Below, piece after piece: positions 30,807 to 40,777 of a stretch of DNA of 64,000 bases. The stretch is from an uncultured Planctomycetaceae bacterium (GTDB lineage: Bacteria; Planctomycetota; Planctomycetia; Isosphaerales; Isosphaeraceae): contig CAWIAD010000002.1 of assembly GCA_963833985.1 (NCBI GenBank), forward strand, positions 3,616,001-3,680,000, in the 5' to 3' direction. Each line of letters opens with the position of its first letter. Position 1 is the first letter of the stretch. The position numbers and the translations under genes were made by a program. Below the pieces are notes generated by a model, which was not told where the DNA came from, made no database searches, and worked only from the letters and a program-made list of their open reading frames with translations.

Positions 30807-31079
30807 CACAGCCAGGGTGATGGACGAAGCCCGATCTCAGGAATGGGACAACCAGATTACCTGCCCGGTGCGCTAGCCCGAGTTTTCTATCAATCTTTTC
30901 CATTTCTTGTTATCCTTTTGTCGGTTGGTCTGACGACCGAATGGTGCCGCTGGCTCTTCCCGATCCGGTCGCTGCTACTCCCTCGTCTTATCTACCCAAT
31001 AGGCTTCAACGGAAGCCCCTTTCTTCTCGACCCTGAGAGCGTCCCGAGGGTCGTCAGCCTTTCGTTTCGGAGTTCGATC

Positions 31080-31424
31080 GTGGGTAAGAAGCTATACGTG
31101 GGCAACCTGACCTACAACGTCAACGAGTCCGACCTGGAGGCGTTGTTCACGCCCTTCGGGACGGTCCAGAGCGCCCAGGTCATCGTAGACCGGGATACGA
31201 ACCGCTCGAAGGGGTTTGGGTTCGTGGAGATGGGCTCCGACGCCGAGGCGCAGGCAGCCATTCAGGGTCTCGACGGTCGTGACCACGACGGACGCAACCT
31301 GACGGTCAACGAAGCCAAGCCACGGGAAGAGCGTGGTGGCGGTGGTCGCAGCGGTGGCGGCGGCTACGGTGGTGGTCGTGGCGGCGGTGGTGGCTACGGA
31401 GGCGGTGGCGGTCGGCGTTATTGA
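31080..31424 (+). CDS. RRM RNA-binding protein 4 (canonical, RGG/Gly-rich tail)
   Basis: LYVGNL, KGFGFVEM, VNEAKPRE. Confidence 0.95.
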   Translation: MGKKLYVGNLTYNVNESDLEALFTPFGTVQSAQVIVDRDTNRSKGFGFVEMGSDAEAQAAIQGLDGRDHDGRNLTVNEAKPREERGGGGRSGGGGYGGGRGGGGGYGGGGGRRY

Positions 31425-31592
31425 TCGTTCGATATTTCCGCGTGGTCAATGAACCTCGCAACGGGGCTCCTTGATCGACCTGACCTGACCGCAACCACTC
31501 AACGGGAAAAGCCGAATCCCGTTTTCTCGCACCTCATGAGTAGCGAGGAAGCCGGGCGTCCTTTATTGAACGCCCCTGTCCGGGGTGTAAGG

Positions 31593-31811
31593 TCAGCCGG
31601 TTTTCTTGGGGTTCCCCGCACTCGGATCATTTCCATGCCTGCCCGAGTTGCTGGCTTCGGAAAACAGTGGGTTGATCCGCTCCAGGAAGTCCAAGAACTG
31701 GTTCCGCAAGACCTTCGCCTCTCCCAGTGTGAGGTCCGGTGAGCACAGCCGATCCAGCAACCCACGAAGGGTCTCGATCTGGGCGGCTCGCTGCTCGTCG
31801 AGGCTCACCAT
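31593..31811 (-). CDS. Hypothetical small protein
   Basis: Helical ORF MVSLDEQRAAQIETLRGLL. Confidence 0.5.
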   Translation of the reverse strand: MVSLDEQRAAQIETLRGLLDRLCSPDLTLGEAKVLRNQFLDFLERINPLFSEASNSGRHGNDPSAGNPKKTG

Positions 31812-32063
31812 GAACGAAACCCTTCTGATCCTTGGTCTGCGGAGGGTTCGCCTCAACGAACTCCGAGAAACGTAAGTCTGGGAAATGATGAGCAGGAAGT
31901 GCCCAGGGCTTCCCTGATCAGGAGCTTCCTCGACGTTCCTAACACCTTTGGTCTTGGGATATGGCAATTTAACCAAAGTACGCAACCGCCCTCAATCAAG
32001 AAGTGGGGACAACCCCGGCAAGCGCCCCTGTTCATCGTTCTTCACCGGTTCTGCTTCCATGAC

Positions 32064-32193
32064 GCTGATTCTTACCGATCCGCTTCGCCCCCACTGCCGA
32101 TTCGTCGATCCAGAGCGTCTGGTAGTACGGATGTCCTCACCCTGTCGAAGCTCCGCAGTTCCCATTATCATCGAACCAGAGCGGCAAAGCAGG
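32064..32193 (-). pseudogene. Internally deleted relic of the 44339-45142 gene and its upstream DNA
   Basis: Matches about 44347-44412 joined to about 45191-45242. Confidence 0.75.
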
Positions 32194-32258
32194 AATGACC
32201 CATCCGTAATCATCGTACTATGACGAAATGCCCCGATCGTCCGTGAAGGACCAGATTC

Positions 32259-32978
32259 ATGGTAGATCCGTTGGAACGACAAAGCCCGCCCCGGCTCGTG
32301 GGCTATGAGTCGTGGTTATACCAGATGCCATGCATCGACAGCAGCGGTGATGTGTTCGTCTCTGTACCGCTCCCGAAGGATGCTGACGACTCGGGCGAGT
32401 CGCCGAACCGCTGGCTGATCGCTCTTGGTGACATCAGCGGCAAGGGTGAGATTGCTTCCCGCCTGAAAGACGCCTTGGAGACTGAGGTGATCCGGCTGGT
32501 GGGAATCACAACCGAACCTGCCTCGATCCTCAAGGCGCTCACAAGCGATCTGGGTGATTCAACCAAGGATCGATTCGCCACTTTGCTGGTGGTCGTGATC
32601 GACAGCGACCGCCATGAACTGACACTCGCCAACGCCGGTTATGTCCCTCCGCTTCTCCGACGTGTTGATCGGCGGGTAGAGTCTCTTGCCGAGGAGATCA
32701 CAGGGCTTCCCCTCTGGATTGATGCGGGGTGGATCTACGAGTACGCCACTGTGCCGGTTGGTCCCGGCGAGGTCGTGATCTTTCACTCTGACGGAGTGAC
32801 AGCCGTGATCGACCACCAGAACCAACTTTTTGACCTGAAATCTCTACAACGGGCAATCGCTCAAGCTTCTGACGGTGCGGCATCGGTGGGGCAGTCGATC
32901 CTTGAAGCCATTCGCCATTTCGGACAGGGGCGAGCCCAGCAGGACGACATCACTCTGCTCTGCTTGGGGGGGTGGTAA
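32259..32978 (+). CDS. SpoIIE/RsbU-type PP2C phosphatase domain protein
   Basis: GDISGKG, FATL, NAG, SDGV, QDDITLL. Confidence 0.88.
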   Translation: MVDPLERQSPPRLVGYESWLYQMPCIDSSGDVFVSVPLPKDADDSGESPNRWLIALGDISGKGEIASRLKDALETEVIRLVGITTEPASILKALTSDLGDSTKDRFATLLVVVIDSDRHELTLANAGYVPPLLRRVDRRVESLAEEITGLPLWIDAGWIYEYATVPVGPGEVVIFHSDGVTAVIDHQNQLFDLKSLQRAIAQASDGAASVGQSILEAIRHFGQGRAQQDDITLLCLGGW

Positions 32979-33178
32979 CGGAGGTAACGCACAAAGGACA
33001 GGGCTAATGTCCGAAAGGAACACCACACGGAGTGACGAGCCCAGATCCGCAGTAGCGGGCTGCCAGCGTCGGCTTTGATCGAGGTAGGAAAGAGGTCACC
33101 GATTGCTCGCCTCAGAGCCGCAGGACATGATGTTGAAGGAGTGCAACCCGTCGTGATGCTGCAACGTCGAAAGGACTC

Positions 33179-33598
33179 GTGACGATGGCAATACCGAGAG
33201 AACCTTGGAACATCCGTCCGGCAAAGAAGAGAGCCTCTGTATCTGCCTCGATCAAGGCTGAGGTTGAGGCGAAAGCGAAGGACTTGATTGACAACGTGTT
33301 GAAGCTCAAGCACGTTCTGCCTCCTCCCGTTGAAGCGCGGTTCAACTACATCACCGACATCGGGGCGAAGTGGTACAGGAATTACTTCTACTTCTTCTCG
33401 ATCTATGCCTGCCCAGGTCCGAACGCCCTCTTCCCCACGTTCGAGTCGAGATTCGCCAGGATGGAACCCCTCGGTGGCGGCAAGTTCGCCCTCTACTTCA
33501 TGCGGTATACGGGGAAGGAGTGGGTTGGCATTGGCGATGCTCTTTCGGTGGACGAGTGCATGAAAGCCATCCAGGACGATGCTTGGTTCGTGCCGTGA
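33179..33598 (+). CDS. Hypothetical protein
   Basis: FNYITDI..KWYRNYFYF ORF. Confidence 0.75.
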   Translation: MTMAIPREPWNIRPAKKRASVSASIKAEVEAKAKDLIDNVLKLKHVLPPPVEARFNYITDIGAKWYRNYFYFFSIYACPGPNALFPTFESRFARMEPLGGGKFALYFMRYTGKEWVGIGDALSVDECMKAIQDDAWFVP

Positions 33599-33641
33599 GT
33601 GACTGAGCTAGACCGATCATCCTATAAGAGATGGGGGTTCG

Positions 33642-33968
33642 ATGAGCGTGCCTGACGAAGTGCGGCGTGACGCTGAAAGGACCGGAGAGCTTGTCCACAA
33701 GAAACTCATGGAGATCATGGACTTGCAGGCTGACATCGACACCCTGTTGCGAGGTGACCAGCCCACGCCCTTCGGTTCGAGTAACTGGCAGTACGCCTCA
33801 CTGGAAGCCCTTCAACGGATTGTGGCGATGACGGCGATCCAGTTCGTCCTGTTCGAGCCACCGGGGAGGGTCAAGGGCAACGACGAGTTTCAGGTCGCTG
33901 CCGATAAGCTCATTGAGATCATCATCGCTCAACTGAAAACCCTCAAAACAAAGAAATCCGATTGGTGA
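33642..33968 (+). CDS. Hypothetical protein
   Basis: Helical ORF. Confidence 0.6.
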   Translation: MSVPDEVRRDAERTGELVHKKLMEIMDLQADIDTLLRGDQPTPFGSSNWQYASLEALQRIVAMTAIQFVLFEPPGRVKGNDEFQVAADKLIEIIIAQLKTLKTKKSDW

Positions 33969-33973
33969 CGCAC

Positions 33974-34177
33974 ATGGACCCCGAGACCGTCGAAAAGCTC
34001 GAAGGAAAGATCGAGGAAGCCATCGCCGAGGTCATCGTGAAGATGGGTCTGAAGAAGCTGCCGCTTCTGCCATCCCGCCACACCATGCACCTGATGGCGA
34101 AAGCCGCTGTCACGGTGTATGAGGCAGCCGTGGAGAACTGTGCGCTTGGGCGACAATCAGGGGAGACAGCGAACTAA
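33974..34177 (+). CDS. Hypothetical small protein
   Basis: HLMAKAAVTVYEAA block. Confidence 0.65.
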   Translation: MDPETVEKLEGKIEEAIAEVIVKMGLKKLPLLPSRHTMHLMAKAAVTVYEAAVENCALGRQSGETAN

Positions 34178-34572
34178 TCGTCTTCCCCCAAGAGCCACCC
34201 GCGTGCCTGTTCGACCAAGAGCAAATCGCTAGCGGAACGGCGAAGCTCATCCTGGCGCTCATCTTCGACGACTTCCGGGTCTATATCCGCCTCTTCCTCC
34301 GCATCCAGCGGTTCATAGAGGCTGGGATCGAATGGCTCGGACTGGCGAGCCTCCTCCAAATATGCAGCCAACTGCCAAGTCTCGAAGATCGTCTTGATCC
34401 CGCCGACGAACGCAGGGATCTCAGCACGGAACTCGGCGTCAGTTTCAGCGGCTTGGAGAAAGTTCAGGAACTTCTCCCCGATGACGTAGTCGAGGGCATT
34501 TTGAGTGCCGAACTCAGCCTCGATCTGGCGGGTCCCTTCGCATTGCTCAATCCAGATTTCGCAAGGTCTCAT
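34174..34572 (-). CDS. Hypothetical acidic protein
   Basis: WIEQCE..ALDYVIGEKFLNF; GGAGAGG RBS. Confidence 0.75.
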   Translation of the reverse strand: MRPCEIWIEQCEGTRQIEAEFGTQNALDYVIGEKFLNFLQAAETDAEFRAEIPAFVGGIKTIFETWQLAAYLEEARQSEPFDPSLYEPLDAEEEADIDPEVVEDERQDELRRSASDLLLVEQARGWLLGEDD

Positions 34573-34773
34573 TTCCCCTCCTCCAGTTGCCTCTTTAACC
34601 GATTACCCTGCCGCCCGATGTCCGATTGGGTCGATCAGCGGCAGGTGATGACACCGCTTCGCGTCAGACCACTTCACCCTCAGATTACCCTGAAGAGCCA
34701 GATGTGCAACGTGTTATGATAGCCCCGGAGCATGGCACTGGGATCAATGGGGCGCTGATCACGAGGAGATCCT

Positions 34774-36270
34774 GTGATGTTGTCGAAGCATCTACCGGCA
34801 TCCTTGGCATTCCTCCTGCCTTTATTCGTCGTCTGCCTGCCGAGCTATGGCGAAGATGCCAGGCAGCAATCCGATGGTCTGGTCACGATCTCGCCTGAGC
34901 AGACCAGCGAGCTTCTCGCAAACCCCGCCATGGGCTGGGAGACCTTCCACCGCTCAAATCGACATGACAGGAACCTCCCGTCATGGATTCCATCGACAGT
35001 CTATTACCTCCGATGGGGTTGGGGTGAATTGGAGCCTCGACCTGGACAGATCAACTACGATCTCCTGGATCGAGTTCTGAAAGACAGCCACGACTCAGGG
35101 CAAACGCTGGCGTTCAGGGTCATGTGCTGTTCAACGACTCGGAACGAGCCGTACCATCCCAGGTGGTTGAAAGAGGTCGGAGACAAGGAACTGGTCGCCG
35201 ACTACGAAGGAACTGCATTCCCCATCGCCGACATTGATGATCCGATCACCCTCCAGCGGCATCTCGATTTCATCAAACGGCTTGGCGAGAGGTACTACGG
35301 TCACCCTGACATTGCTCATGTTGATATCGGATCGATCGGCTGGTGGGGTGAGTGGCACCTCAGCGGCTCCCAAAAGAACAAAATGCCGTCCTTGGAGAAC
35401 CGGACCAAGGTGATCGATGCCTATCTTGCCGCCTTCAAGAAGACTCCGTTGTTGATGCTGATCGGTGGCGGTCAGTGCCTCAAGTACGCCTCACAGCATG
35501 GGGCGGGTTGGCGTGCTGACTGTCTCGGTGACATGGGCGGATTCTCCAGGACTTGGTACCACATGCGGGACAGTTATCCGATCTCGATCAAGGAAATCGG
35601 CATCCAGGACACCTGGAAGACCGCTCCCATCGCCTGGGAGACCTGTTGGGACATGCGAAAGTGGGTAAGAGATGGGTGGTCACTACGGTACATCTTTAAT
35701 TACGCTCTTGCCCTTCATGCCTCGTATATCAACAACAAGTCGGCACCGCTCCCATCCGGGGATAATGTGCGCCCAGAGCTTGAGAGATTCCTGCGAAGGC
35801 TGGGTTATCGGCTGGTGCTCAAGGAGTTAAAGCATCCTTCGGTTGCCAAACCCGGAGCCAAGCTGGATCTGCTGATGAATTGGCAAAACGTCGGCTCCGC
35901 TCCTTGCTACAAGCCTTACCGACTTGCTTACCGTCTGAGCAATGATCAGGGCTATGCCAAGGTTTTCGTCTCCAACATCACGGTCAACCACTGGCTGCCC
36001 GGCTCGATCGAACTGTTTACGGAGGACTTCTTCAAGGAGCCGAAAGACCTCCCTCCGGGGGAGGTCGCCTCTGTCACCGACTCGATAACGCTGCCAGGGG
36101 ATATCCCAGCAGGTGTCTACGTCCTGTCCCTGGCTGTTGTGGAAGAGCATCGCTCGAATCCCGTGGTGAGGCTGGGGATCAAGGGGCGTGCGAACGATGG
36201 ATGGTATCCGCTGAGCCAAATCCGGGTGACATCACATGCTGGCTTACCGACTCACGATAAGTCACGCTGA
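34774..36270 (+). CDS. Secreted glycoside hydrolase-like protein (DUF4832-type)
   Basis: Signal peptide, LANPAMGW, GWWGEWH, RRLGYRL. Confidence 0.8.
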   Translation: MMLSKHLPASLAFLLPLFVVCLPSYGEDARQQSDGLVTISPEQTSELLANPAMGWETFHRSNRHDRNLPSWIPSTVYYLRWGWGELEPRPGQINYDLLDRVLKDSHDSGQTLAFRVMCCSTTRNEPYHPRWLKEVGDKELVADYEGTAFPIADIDDPITLQRHLDFIKRLGERYYGHPDIAHVDIGSIGWWGEWHLSGSQKNKMPSLENRTKVIDAYLAAFKKTPLLMLIGGGQCLKYASQHGAGWRADCLGDMGGFSRTWYHMRDSYPISIKEIGIQDTWKTAPIAWETCWDMRKWVRDGWSLRYIFNYALALHASYINNKSAPLPSGDNVRPELERFLRRLGYRLVLKELKHPSVAKPGAKLDLLMNWQNVGSAPCYKPYRLAYRLSNDQGYAKVFVSNITVNHWLPGSIELFTEDFFKEPKDLPPGEVASVTDSITLPGDIPAGVYVLSLAVVEEHRSNPVVRLGIKGRANDGWYPLSQIRVTSHAGLPTHDKSR

Positions 36271-36349
36271 AGGACGAGATTGCCCCGTACAGAAACCTGG
36301 TGGCGTCAGGCTCGTCCGGTAGATTATCGACTGTGAAAGATCGAGAAAC

Positions 36350-37018
36350 GTGCCAACCCAATTCACCCCAGATGATGCCCGGCATTTCTACGACCGGTTC
36401 GGGTCCAAGCAGGACACGCAAGGGTTCTACGAGAATCCGGCTCTCGATGATCTGTTAGAATACGCCGACTTCGAGCATGCCCGCTCGGTCCTGGAGTTCG
36501 GCTGTGGAACCGGCTCACTTGCCCGAAAACTCTTCGAGACGGTCCTCTCGGCAGATGCTCGATACCTCGGTCTGGACATCAGTGGGACCATGATCGGACT
36601 GGCGACTGGCAGGCTGGAGCCGTGGCAGGCTCGTGCAGAGGTGCGACAGGCAGATGGCTCTCCATGTCTCCCTGTGCCCAATGCCTCAGTCGATCGCTTC
36701 TTAGCGACCTATGTATTCGACCTCCTCGACCCGATGTATTCCCGCCGCTTGATCGCCGAGGCGCAGCGTGTTCTTATCCCTGGTGGTCTTCTCTGCGCAG
36801 TCAACATGACGCAAGGTACAGGAGTCTTCTCTCGGTTCGTGTCGCGGCTCTGGGCATCGATCTGCGACCGCTTCCCCAGGTCAGTCGGCGGTTGTCGCCC
36901 AATCCATCTCGCAGAGTTTCTGAAACCGGAAGACTGGCGCATCCAATACCATCGATCCCTCGTCTCTTTCGGGATATCTTCTGAAATCATGGTCGCTGAG
37001 CGGCTCGATACCGTGTAA
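36350..37018 (+). CDS. Class I SAM-dependent methyltransferase
   Basis: VLEFGCGTG and GLDIS. Confidence 0.9.
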   Translation: MPTQFTPDDARHFYDRFGSKQDTQGFYENPALDDLLEYADFEHARSVLEFGCGTGSLARKLFETVLSADARYLGLDISGTMIGLATGRLEPWQARAEVRQADGSPCLPVPNASVDRFLATYVFDLLDPMYSRRLIAEAQRVLIPGGLLCAVNMTQGTGVFSRFVSRLWASICDRFPRSVGGCRPIHLAEFLKPEDWRIQYHRSLVSFGISSEIMVAERLDTV

Positions 37019-37104
37019 GGGAGCAATGACTCACCAGGCAAGGGTAAACTTAGCCTCTCATGCACCAGGGTGAACCAATCGACCATCAGATCTCTGGAGC
37101 CATC

Positions 37105-38934
37105 ATGCCACGACGCCATTCCCCGATCCCGCTGATCATGGCTGCGATCTCGATCTCTGTCGCCTCAATGACCGCTGCCGAGGAACCGACATTCGACCGC
37201 AAGGAAGACGTGATCTATGGGCGAAAGTATGGCACCGCCCTGACGATGGATGTCTTCACTCCCAAGAAGGATGCCAAAGGCATCGGAGTCATCTTTGTCG
37301 TCAGCGGTCGTTTCTTCTCCTCACACGAGGCAATCAACCCTGCCTTTGTCCGACCATTCATTGACCGGGGCTTCACGGTCTTCGCTGTGGTTCACGGCAG
37401 CCAGCCCCGCTTCACCGTCCCCGAGATTGTCCAGGACATGAACCGAGCCGTTCGCTTCATCCGCCATCACGCGAGGGATTACGGAATTGAGCCGGTTCGG
37501 ATCGGAGTCTACGGCGGCTCGGCAGGTGGGCACTTGTCACTGATGCTCGGCACGGCAGGCGACAAGGGTGATCCGAATGCCAAAGACCCCGTTGATCGGG
37601 AATCCAGCCGAGTGCAGGCGGTTGCCTGCTTCTTCCCGCCTACCGATCTGCTCAACTTCGGCAAGCCTGGCAAGGAGATGATCCACGCCACCGATCATCA
37701 ACCTCCGTTCCGAGCCGCCTTCGACTACCGCGAACTCGACAAGCAGAGCATGCTCTGGGTTCCGATCACTGGTGACCAGCGACTTCGGGAGATCACTCGG
37801 CAAATCTCACCGATCACATTCGTCACGCCCGATGACCCGCCGACGCTGATCATTCACGGCGACGGAGACCCGCTGGTGGCGCTCCAGCAATCTGAATTTA
37901 TCGTGGACAAGTTCAAGAAGACTGGCGTCGAGGCGAAGCTGGTGGTCAAGAAAGGCGCAGGGCACGGCTGGGCAGGACTGGAAAAGGACTTGCCCCTGTT
38001 CGCTGATTGGTTCGAGCAGCATCTCAAGAAAGGAAGCAATGAATCCCCCTCCGCTGCCCACAAGCTCATTCCCCAAATCGATGGAGCCTGGTGGCAGATC
38101 GCTGGCAATCCCAACCTCGGGGAATTGACGGGTGAGAAACAGCAGCCCGTGGACTTTGCCGTCTGGCAAGCCGAGGACGGGACTTGGCAACTCTGGTCGT
38201 GCATCCGCCAGACCAAGGGCGGCGGGAAGACGCGACTGTTCTACCATTGGGAAGGCAAGGCACTGACCGATGCCAACTGGACACCTAAAGGCATAGCCTT
38301 GAGAGCCGATCCTGACGTGGGTGAGACGAATGGGGGCTTGCAGGCTCCTCATGTGATCCGGCGCAACGGGACTTTCCTGATGTTCTACGGCGACTGGCAG
38401 CACATCGCCCTGGCAACCAGCAACGACGGCAAGACCTTCAATCGCCACTTGAACCGTTCCGGGACAGTTGGACTGTTCGATGAGGGACCGGGCAGCAATA
38501 CCCGTGACCCTATGATCCTGCCCATCGGCGATGTGCTCTACTGCTATTACACAGCATTTCCCGGAGGGAAGGGAGCCGTCTATTGCCGCACGTCGGAGGG
38601 CAATCTGGATGACTGGGGCGCTTCAAAGAGGGTAGCCTTCGGAGGTCAGGCAGGGACCAATCCGTTTTCAGCCGAGTGTCCACATGTGGTCTTCATCGAC
38701 GGCTACTATTACCTGTTCCGCACTCAGAGATACGGACAAGATGCCCAGACCAGCGTCTATCGATCTCAAGACCCGTTCGACTTCGGTATCGAGGATGATC
38801 GTTGCTTCGTTGGCACATTGCCCATAGCGGCTCCTGAGATCATTCAGCATGAGGGGTCATGGTTCATCGCCGCTCTAAACCCCGGACTGAATGGCATCCG
38901 CATCGCCAAGCTCAAGTGGTCACCGCAGGAATAG
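37105..38934 (+). CDS. Secreted alpha/beta hydrolase fused to a GH32/43-like beta-propeller
   Basis: GGSAGG, HGDGD, GAGHG; then RDP and ECP motifs. Confidence 0.85.
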   Translation: MPRRHSPIPLIMAAISISVASMTAAEEPTFDRKEDVIYGRKYGTALTMDVFTPKKDAKGIGVIFVVSGRFFSSHEAINPAFVRPFIDRGFTVFAVVHGSQPRFTVPEIVQDMNRAVRFIRHHARDYGIEPVRIGVYGGSAGGHLSLMLGTAGDKGDPNAKDPVDRESSRVQAVACFFPPTDLLNFGKPGKEMIHATDHQPPFRAAFDYRELDKQSMLWVPITGDQRLREITRQISPITFVTPDDPPTLIIHGDGDPLVALQQSEFIVDKFKKTGVEAKLVVKKGAGHGWAGLEKDLPLFADWFEQHLKKGSNESPSAAHKLIPQIDGAWWQIAGNPNLGELTGEKQQPVDFAVWQAEDGTWQLWSCIRQTKGGGKTRLFYHWEGKALTDANWTPKGIALRADPDVGETNGGLQAPHVIRRNGTFLMFYGDWQHIALATSNDGKTFNRHLNRSGTVGLFDEGPGSNTRDPMILPIGDVLYCYYTAFPGGKGAVYCRTSEGNLDDWGASKRVAFGGQAGTNPFSAECPHVVFIDGYYYLFRTQRYGQDAQTSVYRSQDPFDFGIEDDRCFVGTLPIAAPEIIQHEGSWFIAALNPGLNGIRIAKLKWSPQE

Positions 38935-39036
38935 CCCTCGATTCTCACCTCCTGGCGTGTGTGCTGGTTCTTCCGTGGCGGGCGCTGGTATGCTGAGCCC
39001 ATTCCCATCTTCTAGCGAACCAGGAAAGGGTCTCCA

Positions 39037-40011
39037 ATGGACGATTCACAGAGACGCTCCCCAGATGCCAGCGGATCGACCTCCAGCCGCCGAGGATTCC
39101 TGCAACAGACTGCGGGGATCGCTACGGGCATCGCCACACTGACAAGCTCGATTCACGCGGCTGAGCAGCCTGCCTCATCATCGTCCCTGTTGCCGACCGT
39201 TCAACTGGGTCCGCATCGGGTGACTCGGCTCATCATCGGGGGCAATCCCGTCTACGGCTACTCCCACTTCAACAAGCACTTCGACCGCCACATGACCGCC
39301 TGGCACACACCGGAGCGGGTCATTGAGTTGCTCAAGCGGTGCGAGGAATGCGGGCTCAACACCTTCCAGAACAGTTACTCGGAGCGAACGCTGTCCGACC
39401 TGGAACGATACCGGTCATCGGGTGGCACGATGCACTGGCTCTGCCTGGGCAATCCCGACTGGGACCAACATCCCGAGTTCATCGACGACGCTGCCAAACA
39501 CAAGCCCATCGGCATTTCTCCCCACGGGCACTTGAACGAGCGGCTCCATCGCCAGAAGAAATACAACGTTTTGACCGACCTGTTGAAGCGAATCCGAGAC
39601 CAGGGTGTTTTGGTCGGTCTCTCAGCCCACGACCCGACCCTGATCGAGACCGCCGAAGAGAAGGGCTGGGATGTCGATTACTACATGACCGCTCTCTACT
39701 TCCTTAGCCGAACGAAAGAAGAACAGCGGGCAATCCTGGGCAACGACTTACCCCTGGGCGAGATTTACTTGCCTTCCGACCCTCCCAGGATGTTCAAGGC
39801 GATCAAGGCGACCTCGAAGCCTTGCCTGGCTTACAAGCTCTTGGCGGCTGGGCGACGGATCGGCAGTCCCGCCGAGGTGAGGCGGTGCTTCGAGGAGGCA
39901 TTTTCCAATCTCAAGCTCAAGGATGCGGCGATTGTGGGCATGTACCAGCAATTCGGCGATCAGGTTGCCGAAAATGCCGCCATCGTCCGGGAGATCGGGT
40001 CAAGGGGATGA
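39037..40011 (+). CDS. Tat-exported aldo/keto-reductase-like protein
   Basis: SRRGFL twin-arginine signal; RLIIGGNP; YKLLAAGR. Confidence 0.75.
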   Translation: MDDSQRRSPDASGSTSSRRGFLQQTAGIATGIATLTSSIHAAEQPASSSSLLPTVQLGPHRVTRLIIGGNPVYGYSHFNKHFDRHMTAWHTPERVIELLKRCEECGLNTFQNSYSERTLSDLERYRSSGGTMHWLCLGNPDWDQHPEFIDDAAKHKPIGISPHGHLNERLHRQKKYNVLTDLLKRIRDQGVLVGLSAHDPTLIETAEEKGWDVDYYMTALYFLSRTKEEQRAILGNDLPLGEIYLPSDPPRMFKAIKATSKPCLAYKLLAAGRRIGSPAEVRRCFEEAFSNLKLKDAAIVGMYQQFGDQVAENAAIVREIGSRG

Positions 40012-40088
40012 AGCGGTCAAACCCGACTTCGCAATCCTATGGGGTAAGAGGGTCTAGCTGGGTGCGAATACTGGAGGGATGGTGCTGC

Positions 40089-40667
40089 ATGACGGGAGAT
40101 AAGGCTGAAGTAGGCAAAGCTCTGATCGACGGCGCTCTGACTGCGTTTCGTTCCAACAAGGGCTGGGCAGATAAAGCCATTGCCCAGCTTTCCGATGACA
40201 GGTTGCACGTCGCGCTCGATCCCAACACGAACTGCATCGCCGTCATCATGAAGCACGTCGCCGGGAACTTGCTTTCTCGTTGGACGGAATTCCTCACGAC
40301 TGATGGCGAGAAACCTTCGCGGAACCGGGATGACGAGTTCGTGGACACTTTCAACACACGGGACGAGTTGACCGCCTATTGGGAGTCGGGCTGGCAACGA
40401 CTACTTGACTCTTTGGTGGACCTCACGCCAAACGATCTGGGCAAGACCGTTACCATCCGTGGCGAGTCGCATTCCGTGCCGCTTGCCATACAACGCTCGC
40501 TGGCACATTGTGCCTACCACGTCGGTCAGATCGTGTTGATCGCAAGGATACTCGCCGGGGACCACTGGTCCACCATCACTATCCCCCGTGGTGCCTCCGC
40601 AAACTTCAACCAGAAGGTATGGGGCAAGGGGCACTATCAGACGCCGAAGCAAGGAGAGGGGCAGTAA
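40089..40667 (+). CDS. DUF1572/DinB-like protein
   Basis: KHVAGNLLSRWTEFLTTDGEKP.RNRD and HCAYHVGQI. Confidence 0.88.
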   Translation: MTGDKAEVGKALIDGALTAFRSNKGWADKAIAQLSDDRLHVALDPNTNCIAVIMKHVAGNLLSRWTEFLTTDGEKPSRNRDDEFVDTFNTRDELTAYWESGWQRLLDSLVDLTPNDLGKTVTIRGESHSVPLAIQRSLAHCAYHVGQIVLIARILAGDHWSTITIPRGASANFNQKVWGKGHYQTPKQGEGQ

Positions 40668-40777
40668 TAGGCTACAACGAGTCCGTCTTGTGAGACGCTT
40701 TGCTCGTCGGTGTCCTTTGCTAAACGATGACCGATCAGTTAAATCGGTTTCAACTTGTGTGAAATAGGAGACCGACC

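Noticed and set aside
32980..33178. Intergenic stretch as possible ncRNA
   Set aside because: No recognisable family or convincing nested pairing by eye.
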